Shown one piece after another: positions 41,429 through 51,307 of a stretch of DNA of 64,000 bases. A program made the position numbers and the translations under genes. Source of the DNA: Deltaproteobacteria bacterium (GTDB lineage Bacteria > BMS3Abin14); NCBI GenBank assembly GCA_013151915.1, contig JAADHJ010000006.1, positions 65,404 to 129,403 of the forward strand, given 5' to 3'. The notes beneath the pieces were generated by a model, which was not told where the DNA came from, ran no database searches, and saw only the letters and a list, made by a program, of their open reading frames with translations. Every line of letters starts with the position of its first letter. Positions within the stretch are counted from its first letter, which is position 1.

Positions 41429-42730
41429 CTACTGAATTTGCTCGATAAAGGCTTCAATCCGGGTTTTTAACTGGCCGACATCCTCCATGCTGTAATCGGT
41501 CTCGATGCGCAGGGTGGGAATATTCTTTTCCTCAAGGGCTTTTTCAACCGAAATGGATTCCATGAGATAGGGTTGGCAGAACTGCAAACTATAGTGGATC
41601 ACCCCGTTAGCCTTGTAGGTAGCGACCATTTCCTGGATATGTTTCAGGCGTTCCGGATTGGGCGTGAAAATGGCGCAATCCACCTGGTAATAACGATCCA
41701 CAATGGCTTCCATCATCTCCTCGACTGTTCGGCAGGATTCGTCCGTGAGATTACGGGTGCCCCGTTCACCCACACAGGATTCCTCGCCAACGATAACCGC
41801 GCCGGAAGTTTCCACGATAAAGGGCAGCTTCCAATTGGGCACCGCCTGGGGGCAGCCGGATACGAGGATACGGGGAGTCTTTTCCGGGAAAACTCCCTTT
41901 TTCTCCGCAATACGATTCTCCAACGCATCACAGATCTTATTCACGGATTCCGTAAAGCGGGCCGGGTTGTCATAAAAAAAGACCTGGTTGGCCAACAGGG
42001 CGTCCAAACCGGATATGGGTGCCGGGTCAGCTTTGCGCAGGGATGAGAGACGATGAATGGCGGATCGTTTGGCATTCACCATCTGAATCGCCTGCTTCAA
42101 CGATTCGGCGGTAATGGAGACGCCGGTGAGTTCCTCGACCGCGGTTTTGAAACGATCGTATTCAGATTTCAGGAGTGTTCGACCCTGTTCGGACTTAACC
42201 TGTGGCAGATCCATAATATAGAGATTTTTCACCAGATGGTTTAAAGATTCATAAGCTTTTTTCTTGCCGTCACAGGTGTTCTCGCCGACAATCATGTCTG
42301 TGCTTTCCAGATAAGGGCAGACCTTGCCGAGTTTAAACCCAAACAATGACTTGATCAGGGCACAGGTATTGCGCGGCAAGAGCTTTTCCACTTCATCCAT
42401 AGCGAAATCAGCTCCTGAGCACAGTCCCACCAGTGTGGCGTTGGCAGCCAGAACGATTTCTTCCGGTACAAAAACACAGTATGAACCAATGATTTTCCGG
42501 CCTGCTTCTTTTTCATCCAGAAGCTCCCTGATCCGCAGGCCATGGACCTCACTCATCACAAAGTCGAAATAACCCATTCCATCAGGGCGATCTTTCTGTG
42601 ACAAATAAATGTCTTGATAGGCTTTCCCCAAAACGCCCAGCAAGGCGTCATGGGCCTCAAGATCAAGTCCCAAATCCGCCCACATAGAACGATAGTCTTC
42701 ACTCATTATTTTCCCCCTTAATGCAAACAC
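41429..42730 (-). CDS. 2-hydroxyacyl-CoA dehydratase family protein (HgdB/D-like single subunit; possible double-cubane cluster protein)
   Basis: Conserved Cys residues (CxxDxKK, CVGERG). Only one dehydratase-like subunit lies next to the activase. Confidence 0.7.
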   Translation of the reverse strand: MFALRGKIMSEDYRSMWADLGLDLEAHDALLGVLGKAYQDIYLSQKDRPDGMGYFDFVMSEVHGLRIRELLDEKEAGRKIIGSYCVFVPEEIVLAANATLVGLCSGADFAMDEVEKLLPRNTCALIKSLFGFKLGKVCPYLESTDMIVGENTCDGKKKAYESLNHLVKNLYIMDLPQVKSEQGRTLLKSEYDRFKTAVEELTGVSITAESLKQAIQMVNAKRSAIHRLSSLRKADPAPISGLDALLANQVFFYDNPARFTESVNKICDALENRIAEKKGVFPEKTPRILVSGCPQAVPNWKLPFIVETSGAVIVGEESCVGERGTRNLTDESCRTVEEMMEAIVDRYYQVDCAIFTPNPERLKHIQEMVATYKANGVIHYSLQFCQPYLMESISVEKALEEKNIPTLRIETDYSMEDVGQLKTRIEAFIEQIQ

Positions 42731-42758
42731 GGCCGGCTAATTTATGGCCCTCAAATTT

Positions 42759-42924
42759 GGGTTCATCCTGGAAATGAGTACCTGGATGTGGACCGGATTG
42801 TGGAAAGAGCCAACTGACCGCAAAGTTAACGAATCCGCCCGGGATTGCCGCGTCGCTCTCGTCTCCCTCGATGCCCCTCGCAATGACAGCAAAATAATAA
42901 AGGTACGCATTAGCCGGACGAACC
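42759..42924. mobile_element. MITE-like element family A, copy 2 (internally deleted, 166 bp)
   Basis: Ends GGGTTCATCCTGGAAATGAGTACC ... GGTACGCATTAGCCGGACGAACC. It shares the internal CGCCCGGGATTGCCGCG and CTCGCAATGACAGCAAAATAATAAAGG with copy 1. Confidence 0.7.
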
Positions 42925-43071
42925 GATTTCACCAATATCCTATATCATGGGAAAAATCAATACATCGAATAGAAAAATACGATACATGTGGTGATTTCGC
43001 TGCACCAAAATGGGATCAGGACGTATCGGGGTTTTACCTGGAAATTGAGGAAAGAAAATCCGGATCGACTA

Positions 43072-44247
43072 TTATCTGCTGCAACCGTCTGAACAACAGT
43101 TGTCGGTCCCCGTCGGCGCTTTCCTGATGACACCCAGCCTATGAATCCATCTTTTTACCATCGTCGTCAGGGGGCGGATTGACAGTATCAGGAGGACAAC
43201 AGCTCCAGCAAATTGCAACCACCCTGGAATCACCTCCCCTGCCTGTCCTATCACCGCCTGCGGAGATATTCCTGCCAGACCGTAGATCTGATCCAGGAGC
43301 AGGCCCGCCAGAACGCTTACGGAAGCGATGACCGCCAGGTAGAGGACCGTAGCTCTTTTCCCGAGGAACCCGACAAGGACGGAAAGAGAGGCCAGGTTTG
43401 TTGCCGGACCGACCAGGAGAAAAACCAGTGCCGCGCCCGGGCTTACCCCCTTAAGCACCAGCGCCGCAGCGATGGGCGTCGAAGCGGTGGCGCAGATGTA
43501 AAGGGGGATACCTATCACGAGCATGATCAGCATGGACGACAGACCGCCGCCCAGATGTGATGAAAAAAGGTCCTCCGGAACAGCTGCGGTAATGATGCCT
43601 GCCAGCAGAAGTCCGATGAAGAACCAACCGGCAAGGTCACCCCAGAGTTCACTAAAGGAATAACGCATTCCTGTCCGAACCTTTTCGAAAAAAGAATGAT
43701 GATGACGGTGCTGCTCGGGGGGGCAGTTTTCGCCGTCGCAGCAGCCGTCCACCGGACATGCGGCATTGGCCTTTTCATCGGCAAGGGGATCTGGAGAGGC
43801 CATGAAGTTTTCGCTGATCCCCGCGATGAAAGCCGTAACGAATGCCACCAGGGGTCTGGCCACAGTCATGATGGGGTCAAGCAGAGCATAGCTGATGGCT
43901 ATGGAATCCACACCCGACTCAGGCGTTGAGATAAGAAAGGCCACCGTGGCGCCCCTGTTGGCTCCCTGTTTTCTCAGGGACGCCGCGGCCGGCAAAACAC
44001 CGCAGGAGCAAAGAGGGATGGGGATGCCGAAAAACGCAGCCTTGATAACGGGAAGAAACCGTCCCTTGCCCAGTTGTTTTGCCACGGTCTCGGGCGATAG
44101 AAACATCTTCAGCAATCCCGCGATGAGGATGCCGAACAGGACGTAAATGGCCGACGCCAGGAGGATATCCCAAGTCTCCGTGAGGACTGTCAAAAAACCG
44201 TGCAGTATGGCGAACATGAGATATCGTCTCCTTATCGAATACGGCAA
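43072..44247 (-). CDS. arsP: ArsP-family permease (DUF318) with Cys/His-rich cytoplasmic segments
   Basis: The conserved motif IPLCSCGVLP matches the ArsP TPFcSCS motif. There are 8+ TM segments, and a tail/loop with CPVDGCCDGENCPPEQHRHHH and GTDNCCSDGCSR. Confidence 0.7.
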   Translation of the reverse strand: MPYSIRRRYLMFAILHGFLTVLTETWDILLASAIYVLFGILIAGLLKMFLSPETVAKQLGKGRFLPVIKAAFFGIPIPLCSCGVLPAAASLRKQGANRGATVAFLISTPESGVDSIAISYALLDPIMTVARPLVAFVTAFIAGISENFMASPDPLADEKANAACPVDGCCDGENCPPEQHRHHHSFFEKVRTGMRYSFSELWGDLAGWFFIGLLLAGIITAAVPEDLFSSHLGGGLSSMLIMLVIGIPLYICATASTPIAAALVLKGVSPGAALVFLLVGPATNLASLSVLVGFLGKRATVLYLAVIASVSVLAGLLLDQIYGLAGISPQAVIGQAGEVIPGWLQFAGAVVLLILSIRPLTTMVKRWIHRLGVIRKAPTGTDNCCSDGCSR

Positions 44248-44256
44248 GCCCGGTGT

Positions 44257-44628
44257 TTATTCGCGAACGTGCTCCAGCGCCAGTTGGAGCATGTCCTCTA
44301 TATGTTCATCATTGAGACGGTAATATAGAATTGTGCCTTCTCTGCGGTTGGCCACCAGATTCAGTTGCCGCAAGAGCCGCAACTGGTGGCTGATGGCTGA
44401 TTCCGTGATCCCGAGGGTAGCCGCAATGTCGCACACACATATTTCTCCGGATTTGAGTGCACGCAGAATGTTAAGCCGTGTTGGATCCCCGAATGCTTTG
44501 AAGAATCGCGACAAATGCTCTACCTCGGCTGGATCCAGAGCTGACTTCCTCGCCCTCTCGATCCGGTCCTCATGGATAATCCGGCTGTCACAGCGATCTT
44601 CCCGATTGTTTATCATGGCGATCCTCAC
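44257..44628 (-). CDS. arsR: ArsR/SmtB family metalloregulator (CVC-type)
   Basis: HTH LSRFFKAFGDPTRLNILRAL and metal-binding ELCVCD-like GEICVCDIA. Confidence 0.85.
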   Translation of the reverse strand: MRIAMINNREDRCDSRIIHEDRIERARKSALDPAEVEHLSRFFKAFGDPTRLNILRALKSGEICVCDIAATLGITESAISHQLRLLRQLNLVANRREGTILYYRLNDEHIEDMLQLALEHVRE

Positions 44629-44817
44629 GGCATTTTGATATCTGTTTATATAATCATATAGTCAATAATAGGGGTTTGTCAATGCCCGCGAGGTCAACCT
44701 TTTCGCTATCTACAATTTCTATCTCTAATATTGATTCTGTCTATTTTCCATGCTATCTTCCATCCCAAGATTCTATCCGCCGATATTCCTGGTCGTCTAT
44801 TTGTAAGGAGGAACCCA

Positions 44818-45831
44818 ATGGGAAGGCTTTTTCCGCTTATCCTGGCCTTTTTCCTGGGCCTTATCCCGTCTGCCGCCCTGGCCGGGCCACAGTCCGGCAC
44901 CATCACCATGGAGTTTGACCTCACCTCCCACCAACCCGGGAAGGATGCCCAGCTCTGGATCCCCTATCCCGTGTCTGACGGGAACCAGCTGATTAAGAAA
45001 ATCAGGATAACGGGCGACTTCGCCGAATCGGCCGTATACACCGACCGTGAATACGGAACGCCCATGCTGTACGCTCGTTGGGACGGGAACGCGAAAAGCC
45101 GGAAGCTGACATTCTCCTTCACGGTGGAGCGCGAGGAAAGGCTTACAAGGGATCTGCCGGCCGGCGAGGCGCCGTGGGACCCGGCCAACTTCGCCCTGTA
45201 CCTAAAACCTACCCGGCTCGGCCCCACCGACGGCGAGATCAGGAAACTGGCTGACAGCATAACAGCGGGAAGGATGGGTGTGAGGGATCAGGCCAGGGCA
45301 ATATACGACTGGGTCAGCGAGAATATGTTCCGTGACCCGAATACCCGCGGGTGCGGGTCGGGCGACGTCGACTCCCTTCTGAACTCCCTGGGGGGCAAGT
45401 GCGCCGACATCTCTTCCGTATTCGTTGCCCTGACACGCGCGGCCGGGGTTCCCTCCCGCGAGGTGTTCGGAATACGCCTTGGAAAGGGCGGCACAACAGA
45501 CATCACCAAATGGCAGCACTGCTGGGCGGAGTACTACCTGCCGGGATACGGGTGGGTCGTCGTGGACCCTGCCGACGTCCTGAAGATGGTACTGAAGGAG
45601 AAGCTGGATGCCGGGGACGCGAAGACTGCCGAGTACCGGGAATACTTCTGGGGCGGGGTCGACCCTTACAGGGTGAAGCTCGGGGAGGGCCGGGACCTGA
45701 CACTCAACCCGCCGCAGAGCGGCGGGCCGGTGAATTATCTCATGTATCCCTACGCACAGATAGGGGGAAAAACCCTGGACTGGCTTGACCCGGATTCATT
45801 CAGATACAGGATTTCCTATACCGCCGGATAA
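44818..45831 (+). CDS. transglutaminase-like domain protein, secreted
   Basis: Signal peptide MGRLFPLILAFFLGLIPSAALA after AAGGAGGA. Transglutaminase core GKCADISSVFVALTRAAGVPSR with downstream H/D. Confidence 0.7.
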   Translation: MGRLFPLILAFFLGLIPSAALAGPQSGTITMEFDLTSHQPGKDAQLWIPYPVSDGNQLIKKIRITGDFAESAVYTDREYGTPMLYARWDGNAKSRKLTFSFTVEREERLTRDLPAGEAPWDPANFALYLKPTRLGPTDGEIRKLADSITAGRMGVRDQARAIYDWVSENMFRDPNTRGCGSGDVDSLLNSLGGKCADISSVFVALTRAAGVPSREVFGIRLGKGGTTDITKWQHCWAEYYLPGYGWVVVDPADVLKMVLKEKLDAGDAKTAEYREYFWGGVDPYRVKLGEGRDLTLNPPQSGGPVNYLMYPYAQIGGKTLDWLDPDSFRYRISYTAG

Positions 45832-45861
45832 AATATCGCGGGCTTCACATTCAGCATTTTG

Positions 45862-46395
45862 TCAACCCAGTACTTTAAGATACTCCAGCAGATCGTTCAT
45901 GTCTTCATCCGATATGTTCCACCTGGGCATGGTCCGGTCCATGGACTCTCCCGAGGGCTCGATGCCATCGCGAATAGCCTTTTTGATCCCCTCATCGGTG
46001 TATGCGGCCTCTTCTCCGTCGTCTGCCTCACCGTGATGCTTGCCTGAAATAAGCGAGGAATACCGGATGTCGCCCGGGATGTGCGTCCCCATCATCACCG
46101 GCAGGCCGCCCTTGCCGTCCGGACCATGGCAGTTGACGCAGGACCCCCCCATCATGCGGAGCCAGTGGGGCCCTCCCCGGAACCGGATTCTCTGTCCCTC
46201 GCCGTCGATTCCGAGATAGTAGATGCGCTCCCCGGCAGACGAGTATGACCCCTTGTCATAGACCCCCCCGGCCCCCCATCCTGAGAAGGAAGCCATATGC
46301 CTGCTCCCGGCGCCGTACAGACAGACCCCGGCGATTCCCAGGATCATCAGGCCGAGGCCCCACCACAGGGTCCGGCGGGATCTTTTATCGCTCAT
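45862..46395 (-). CDS. membrane-anchored mono-heme c-type cytochrome
   Basis: An N-terminal TM helix with a single CVNCH haem-binding motif. The start overlaps the SHOCT gene stop by 4 nt (ATGA). Confidence 0.65.
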   Translation of the reverse strand: MSDKRSRRTLWWGLGLMILGIAGVCLYGAGSRHMASFSGWGAGGVYDKGSYSSAGERIYYLGIDGEGQRIRFRGGPHWLRMMGGSCVNCHGPDGKGGLPVMMGTHIPGDIRYSSLISGKHHGEADDGEEAAYTDEGIKKAIRDGIEPSGESMDRTMPRWNISDEDMNDLLEYLKVLG

Positions 46396-46664
46396 CCTTC
46401 CCCCTCCAGGGTGCGCTTCCTCTGCTCGAACTCCTCGGTGTCGATCTCGCCCTTCGCGTACCGCTCCCTGAGGATCTCCATGGGATTCCGATCACGGGCC
46501 ATGGATCCGCCACCCTGCCCGGCGGCGATGCCTCCGCGTCCCGCGGTGAAATAACGGAAGATAAGTACGGCCCCCACGATAATGACGGCCCAGAAAAAGA
46601 TCATCATGATCATACCTCCCGCCCCCCACATTCCGTAGCCATGATTGCCCCATCCTCCCATCAT
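46392..46664 (-). CDS. SHOCT-domain small membrane protein
   Basis: A TM helix, then ILRERYAKGEIDTEEFEQRKRTL (SHOCT motif). An ATG at 46664 follows AAGGGAGGA. Confidence 0.7.
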   Translation of the reverse strand: MMGGWGNHGYGMWGAGGMIMMIFFWAVIIVGAVLIFRYFTAGRGGIAAGQGGGSMARDRNPMEILRERYAKGEIDTEEFEQRKRTLEGEG

Positions 46665-46863
46665 AACCCTGTCCTCCCTTGGTGCCTGTCGGGTGAACCC
46701 GATATGCAATCAAATATCCGGCGAAAAACGGATTCACATTATTGAACGCATTTCGCCCGTTTCGCAGTCCGTACAAGTATAACCGCGATTTTCCAAAATA
46801 CCATTCGAAGCCGGCTTTTCCACAAGCAAAAAAGATGGTAGGTACTGCGTGGTACGGATGGGT

Positions 46864-48873
46864 TTACCGCATCTTGAGCGTCCGCGCATTGATCGCCACG
46901 ACAACAGTGCTCAGCGACATGAGAAGGGCCCCCATGGCCGGGCTGAGGACAATGCCCTTGCCGGCAAGCACTCCTGCCGCCAGCGGGATGGCGAAGATGT
47001 TGTAGCCCGTCGCCCAGGCCAGGTTCTGGACCATCTTGCGGTATGTGGCCCTCGCCAATTCGAAGATAGCCGCCACGTCGCGGGGATCACTGCGGACCAG
47101 GACGACGTCGGCCGTCTCCACAGCAACGTCGGTGCCCGCACCGATGGCAATTCCCAGATCGGCCGTTGCCAGGGCCGGCGCGTCGTTGACGCCGTCCCCG
47201 ATCATGGCGACTTTCTGTCCATCTTCCATGAGCTTCCTGATCGTGGCCGCCTTCTGGTCGGGAAGGACTTCCGCAAAATACTCATCAAGACCCAAGGTCT
47301 TGGAAACGGCGGCAGCCACCTTACTGTGGTCTCCCGTGAGCATCACGCACTTGATCCCCATGGCGTGAAGTCGCTCCACAGCTTCCACGGACGCGGGTCT
47401 TATAACGTCGCCCAGGGCAATGGCGCCCAGGATGGTGTCCCCCTCCAGCACGAAGACCACCGTCCGGCCTTCTGAATAGTGCTCAGCGAGGGGTTCTTCG
47501 TCAAAATGAAGGCCCCTTTCCCGCAGGTAGCCCGGGCTTGCCACCATGATCTTCCGCCCTTCCACCGTGGCCGTTGCTCCCTTCCCCTTGACTGCGTAAA
47601 AATCAACGGCCGGGGGGACTATGATCTCACGGGTGGAGGCCTCGGCGACAACTCCCTGAGCAATGGGGTGCTCTGACAGGCTTTCCACCGATGCCGCGAG
47701 ACGCAGGATCTCTTCCCCGGTTATGTTCTCGGATGGAATGATCCCCCGGACCCCGAAAAGACCTTCGGTGAGAGTCCCGGTTTTATCGAAAACAACGGCG
47801 TCGATGAGCCGGGACCTCTCGAAGGCGGCCCGGTCGCGCAGCAGCAGACCGCTGGACGCCGCGAGGGAAGTGGACACGGCCACAACAAGAGGGACGGCGA
47901 GACCGAGAGCGTGAGGACACGTTATGACCATGACGGTAACCATGCGCTCCATCGCGTATGCGAAGTCCTGGCCCAGGAGCAGCCACACGATCAGGGTCAG
48001 CGATCCAACACTCAGGGCAATGACGGTGAGCCAGAAGGCGGCACGGTTGGCCAGATCCTGGCTGCGCGACCTCGTCTCCTGGGCATTCCGGACCATCGTC
48101 ACCACCTGGGCGAGAAAGGTTTCCTCGCCCACTTTTTCCACAGCCACGGTGATGGAACCCTCGTTGTTGATGGCACCGCCCACCACTCCGTCGCCCGCCT
48201 TCTTTCCTACCGGCACCGATTCACCGGTAAGCATGGATTCGTTCACCGTGGTACTTCCCTCCACCACAGTGCCATCCGTGGGGACTTTCTCACCAGGCTT
48301 GACCACGAATCGGTCCCCCTTGACCAGGGTGTCGACCGGGACGTCACTGACGGATCCGTCATCCGCGACGAGGTGGGCTTCGGAGGGCAGGAGCCGCACC
48401 AGCTCCTCCAGGGCGCGGGACGCGCCCATGACGGACCGCATCTCGATCCAGTGACCGAGCAGCATGATGTCGATTAGGGTAACCAGTTCCCAGAAAAACA
48501 CCTTTCCGGGAAGGCCGAAAACCACCGCGGCGCTGTAGCCGTACGCCGCCGATATGGCCACGGCGATAAGGGTCATCATTCCCGGCCGGCGGGCGGCGAC
48601 TTCAGTGAACAGACCCTTAAGGAACGGCCACCCGCCGAAAAAATAAACCACTGAGGCAAGCACGAACAGGACCAGGGAATCGCCGGGGAAAACGATCCGT
48701 CCCTCGATCCCGAGGAACGACTGGACCATGGGAGACAGGGCGAGGACAGGGACCGTCAGGGCGAGGCAGATCTTGAAGCGCCCCTTGAAATCGGCCACCA
48801 TGTGCTCGTGGTGCGAACTGTGCCCCTTGTGTTCGCCCTGCGCTGAATGTGCCTGCATGTTATGTTTCTCCAT
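46864..48873 (-). CDS. copB: P1B-3-type heavy-metal ATPase (CopB-like), His-rich N-terminus
   Basis: His-rich N-terminus MEKHNMQAHSAQGEHKGHSSHHEH, TM6 CPH motif (ITCPHALGLA), DKTGTLT and GDGVNDAP. Confidence 0.85.
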   Translation of the reverse strand: MEKHNMQAHSAQGEHKGHSSHHEHMVADFKGRFKICLALTVPVLALSPMVQSFLGIEGRIVFPGDSLVLFVLASVVYFFGGWPFLKGLFTEVAARRPGMMTLIAVAISAAYGYSAAVVFGLPGKVFFWELVTLIDIMLLGHWIEMRSVMGASRALEELVRLLPSEAHLVADDGSVSDVPVDTLVKGDRFVVKPGEKVPTDGTVVEGSTTVNESMLTGESVPVGKKAGDGVVGGAINNEGSITVAVEKVGEETFLAQVVTMVRNAQETRSRSQDLANRAAFWLTVIALSVGSLTLIVWLLLGQDFAYAMERMVTVMVITCPHALGLAVPLVVAVSTSLAASSGLLLRDRAAFERSRLIDAVVFDKTGTLTEGLFGVRGIIPSENITGEEILRLAASVESLSEHPIAQGVVAEASTREIIVPPAVDFYAVKGKGATATVEGRKIMVASPGYLRERGLHFDEEPLAEHYSEGRTVVFVLEGDTILGAIALGDVIRPASVEAVERLHAMGIKCVMLTGDHSKVAAAVSKTLGLDEYFAEVLPDQKAATIRKLMEDGQKVAMIGDGVNDAPALATADLGIAIGAGTDVAVETADVVLVRSDPRDVAAIFELARATYRKMVQNLAWATGYNIFAIPLAAGVLAGKGIVLSPAMGALLMSLSTVVVAINARTLKMR

Positions 48874-48888
48874 ATCCTGATATCCCCC

Positions 48889-49956
48889 TCAATCCGCTGT
48901 CTTCCTGAGATTCAGAAGGTGCCGCCTTGCAGCCAAAGCTGCCTTCGCACCTTCTCCCGAAGCTATGATAATCCTCTTTCCGAAAGCGTCGGTAACGTCC
49001 CCGGCCGCAAAGAGCCCGGGACAGGACGTTGAGCAATCGGGGCCGATGGTGATCTCCCCGTTTTCGTTGAGTTCGACAATATCCGAAACCAGATGGGAGT
49101 TAGGCTGCAAGCCGATGGCAATGAATACGCCCCCGGCCGGCAGGTATAACGTCTCCTCCCCGGCTATCTTTCTGATCGTCAAACCGGACAATGCACTCTC
49201 GCCCTTAAAATCAACTACTTTGTATCCTTCGTACATGTTGAGGTTCTCGAATCTGCATATACGAGCCACAAGCGACGGATCAGCACTTAGTTTGCAGTCG
49301 GAGATGAGATTTATATTTTTGACGACGGTTCGCACTTTCTCAACGATCTGCACGGCCGAATTACCCCCCCCGATGATAGCGACATCTTCCCCTGTCACAA
49401 AGGAAAAATCCTGGATATTGCCGTAAAAGAGTCCTTTTCTCTGGAACTCCTCCTCACCGGGAACATCCAGTTTTCTCCTCGTCATACCGGTTGAAATGAT
49501 CAGGGTTTTTGCAAAATAGATCTTAAGCTCCGATGTAGTAACGTTGAAACCACCCTGGACGGTTTCGATCTTATCCGCTTCAGCGATCAGGTGGTCTATA
49601 TAGTGTGAGTGGAGCAACTGGCGCTGAAACTTTTCAGTCAGTTCAGGTCCCGTGATGAAGTCGAAACCCATGTAGTTCTCTACTTTCGTGCTGTCTATGG
49701 CCTGACCGCCGAGATCTTTAGCCAGCAGGAAGGCATCAATTTTAAGCGTGTCCGCATAGACAGCCGCCGTGAGCCCGGCGGGTCCGCCGCCGATAATAAT
49801 GAGATCGTAGGAAGTGCGGGGGAGTTCACATACCCTCTCCGCCAGGAATTTGTCCCTGCAGCCTTCGGAGCAGAAATAAAAGATCTTGTTGTCACATTCT
49901 GTTGTAAGAGCAGTTCTTTCGTCGATATCCATCTTGCATATGGGATCTTTTTTCAC
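48889..49956 (-). CDS. YHS/TRASH-domain fused to thioredoxin-reductase-like NAD(P)/FAD oxidoreductase
   Basis: The N-terminus has ICKMDIDERTALTTECDNKIFYFCSEGCRDKF, the same module as at the CopA N-terminus. This is followed by LIIIGGGPAGLTAAVY and the TrxR-like C-terminal GD motif FAAGDV. No CxxC redox pair is present. Starts at GTG. Confidence 0.65.
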   Translation of the reverse strand: MKKDPICKMDIDERTALTTECDNKIFYFCSEGCRDKFLAERVCELPRTSYDLIIIGGGPAGLTAAVYADTLKIDAFLLAKDLGGQAIDSTKVENYMGFDFITGPELTEKFQRQLLHSHYIDHLIAEADKIETVQGGFNVTTSELKIYFAKTLIISTGMTRRKLDVPGEEEFQRKGLFYGNIQDFSFVTGEDVAIIGGGNSAVQIVEKVRTVVKNINLISDCKLSADPSLVARICRFENLNMYEGYKVVDFKGESALSGLTIRKIAGEETLYLPAGGVFIAIGLQPNSHLVSDIVELNENGEITIGPDCSTSCPGLFAAGDVTDAFGKRIIIASGEGAKAALAARRHLLNLRKTAD

Positions 49957-49996
49957 TTACTCCCCTTTCGATTTGCGCGCCCCTCCGTGGGCGCGT

Positions 49997-51118
49997 TCAT
50001 AATGTTTTGGTGGGACGTTCGCATCTGCACCAGATGCACGTGCAGTTCAGGTGGTTGCAGCTCTCGTCCTTGACCCTGTTGACATAGTTTTTCCTGGCTT
50101 TGGGAAGAAGCAGGTGCTTTATACGGGAGCGGTTGTAATGGTGCATCAGGAATGTGTTGGAATCACCTTTGGCGAGCTTCCTCGTCAGGTACCTGTAACC
50201 CGCATGGCCGAGCTTCTCATACAGGAACCTGTTTATGAGAGAGGTCTCGAGCATGGGTGCCAGTTCATTTTTCCACAGGGCGTCGTAGCTGGTTTTCTCT
50301 ATGAGGCTCCTGGCGGCAAGACAGCCTGATGCGATCGAATACCTCATCCCGAACCCCCACAGACAATCCTGAAACCCAGCTGTCTCACCGATATAAAGCT
50401 TGCCGTTGCGAACCTGCGTGTCCCGCAGGAAAAAGTTACCGAAGCCCCCGAACTTCCTCTCGTTTCTGACGTCGGCATCCATTTTCGTGTTAAAAAAACG
50501 CATCATGTTATCAAAGTACTCCTCGCTCCTTCGATAATTTCGGTAAAGGACAGTGGCCATGGTCCCATAGCCCCCGTTTACAAGAAGGTAAGCGTAACCT
50601 TTGGGAGCGATATCATCATCAAGGACCACGACCGCCGTGTCTTCCATGGATGTGTCAAAGGTGATGCCCATGGCGATCACATCGGCCCCCTTCGGGCCGA
50701 TTCCCACTATGGCCGGCCCCGAAAGGTGATCCATGCCGTGTTCGAACAGAATCTCTGTGCCCAGCGCCTGGGCCTGTTCCTTCAGGCCCGTGTCGAGGGT
50801 GCCGGACATGGGTCCCCTTTTAACGAGGTAGAAACTGGGTTTTTCCGACTTTATGACAACAGGCTCCATCCCACGGGAATGGATGACTCCTCCAAAATAG
50901 GGTTCGCAGAGAAAGTTTATTTCGACACCCATATTTTTCAGCGTTTCGGTGACGTCGACATTCGAGCTCCAGTTTTCGAGCCCCTGAAAATCACCGCTCA
51001 ACCTGTGGCCGACATCCGGGGACTTCTCAAAAATCGTCACCGGGATACCGTGACGGCGCAGGACGATGGCGGCGACGAGTCCCGCTGGACCAGCGCCGAT
51101 TATTTTCACCGTGTTCAT
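49997..51118 (-). CDS. FAD-dependent oxidoreductase (geranylgeranyl-reductase-like fold) with Cys-rich C-terminal tail
   Basis: IIGAGPAGLVAAIVL dinucleotide motif. C-terminus CNHLNCTCIWCRCERP. Good RBS GGGAGGA. Confidence 0.6.
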   Translation of the reverse strand: MNTVKIIGAGPAGLVAAIVLRRHGIPVTIFEKSPDVGHRLSGDFQGLENWSSNVDVTETLKNMGVEINFLCEPYFGGVIHSRGMEPVVIKSEKPSFYLVKRGPMSGTLDTGLKEQAQALGTEILFEHGMDHLSGPAIVGIGPKGADVIAMGITFDTSMEDTAVVVLDDDIAPKGYAYLLVNGGYGTMATVLYRNYRRSEEYFDNMMRFFNTKMDADVRNERKFGGFGNFFLRDTQVRNGKLYIGETAGFQDCLWGFGMRYSIASGCLAARSLIEKTSYDALWKNELAPMLETSLINRFLYEKLGHAGYRYLTRKLAKGDSNTFLMHHYNRSRIKHLLLPKARKNYVNRVKDESCNHLNCTCIWCRCERPTKTL

Positions 51119-51204
51119 GGTCGCTGTCCTCCCCGCGCTTCACAAGTTTTTCGCCCCCCTGCATAATATCCGTACGTCTGTCCCCATTTCAAGTGCAAAC
51201 AACT

Positions 51205-51280
51205 AACGACCAGGGGGTCTTGCATTTATCCGGCGCCGTTTCCCTCGCCCGGCAATATCCGGCAACGGCCCCTGGTCGTT
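51205..51280 (-). other. long-stem hairpin (12-bp arms AACGACCAGGGG/CCCCTGGTCGTT, ~50-nt loop) between small membrane gene and flavoprotein genes
   Basis: Read directly. The inner loop contains the repeated CCGGC / ATCCGGC strings. Confidence 0.5.
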
Positions 51281-51307
51281 GAAAGCTGGTGTATGGAAAC
51301 TGAAATC

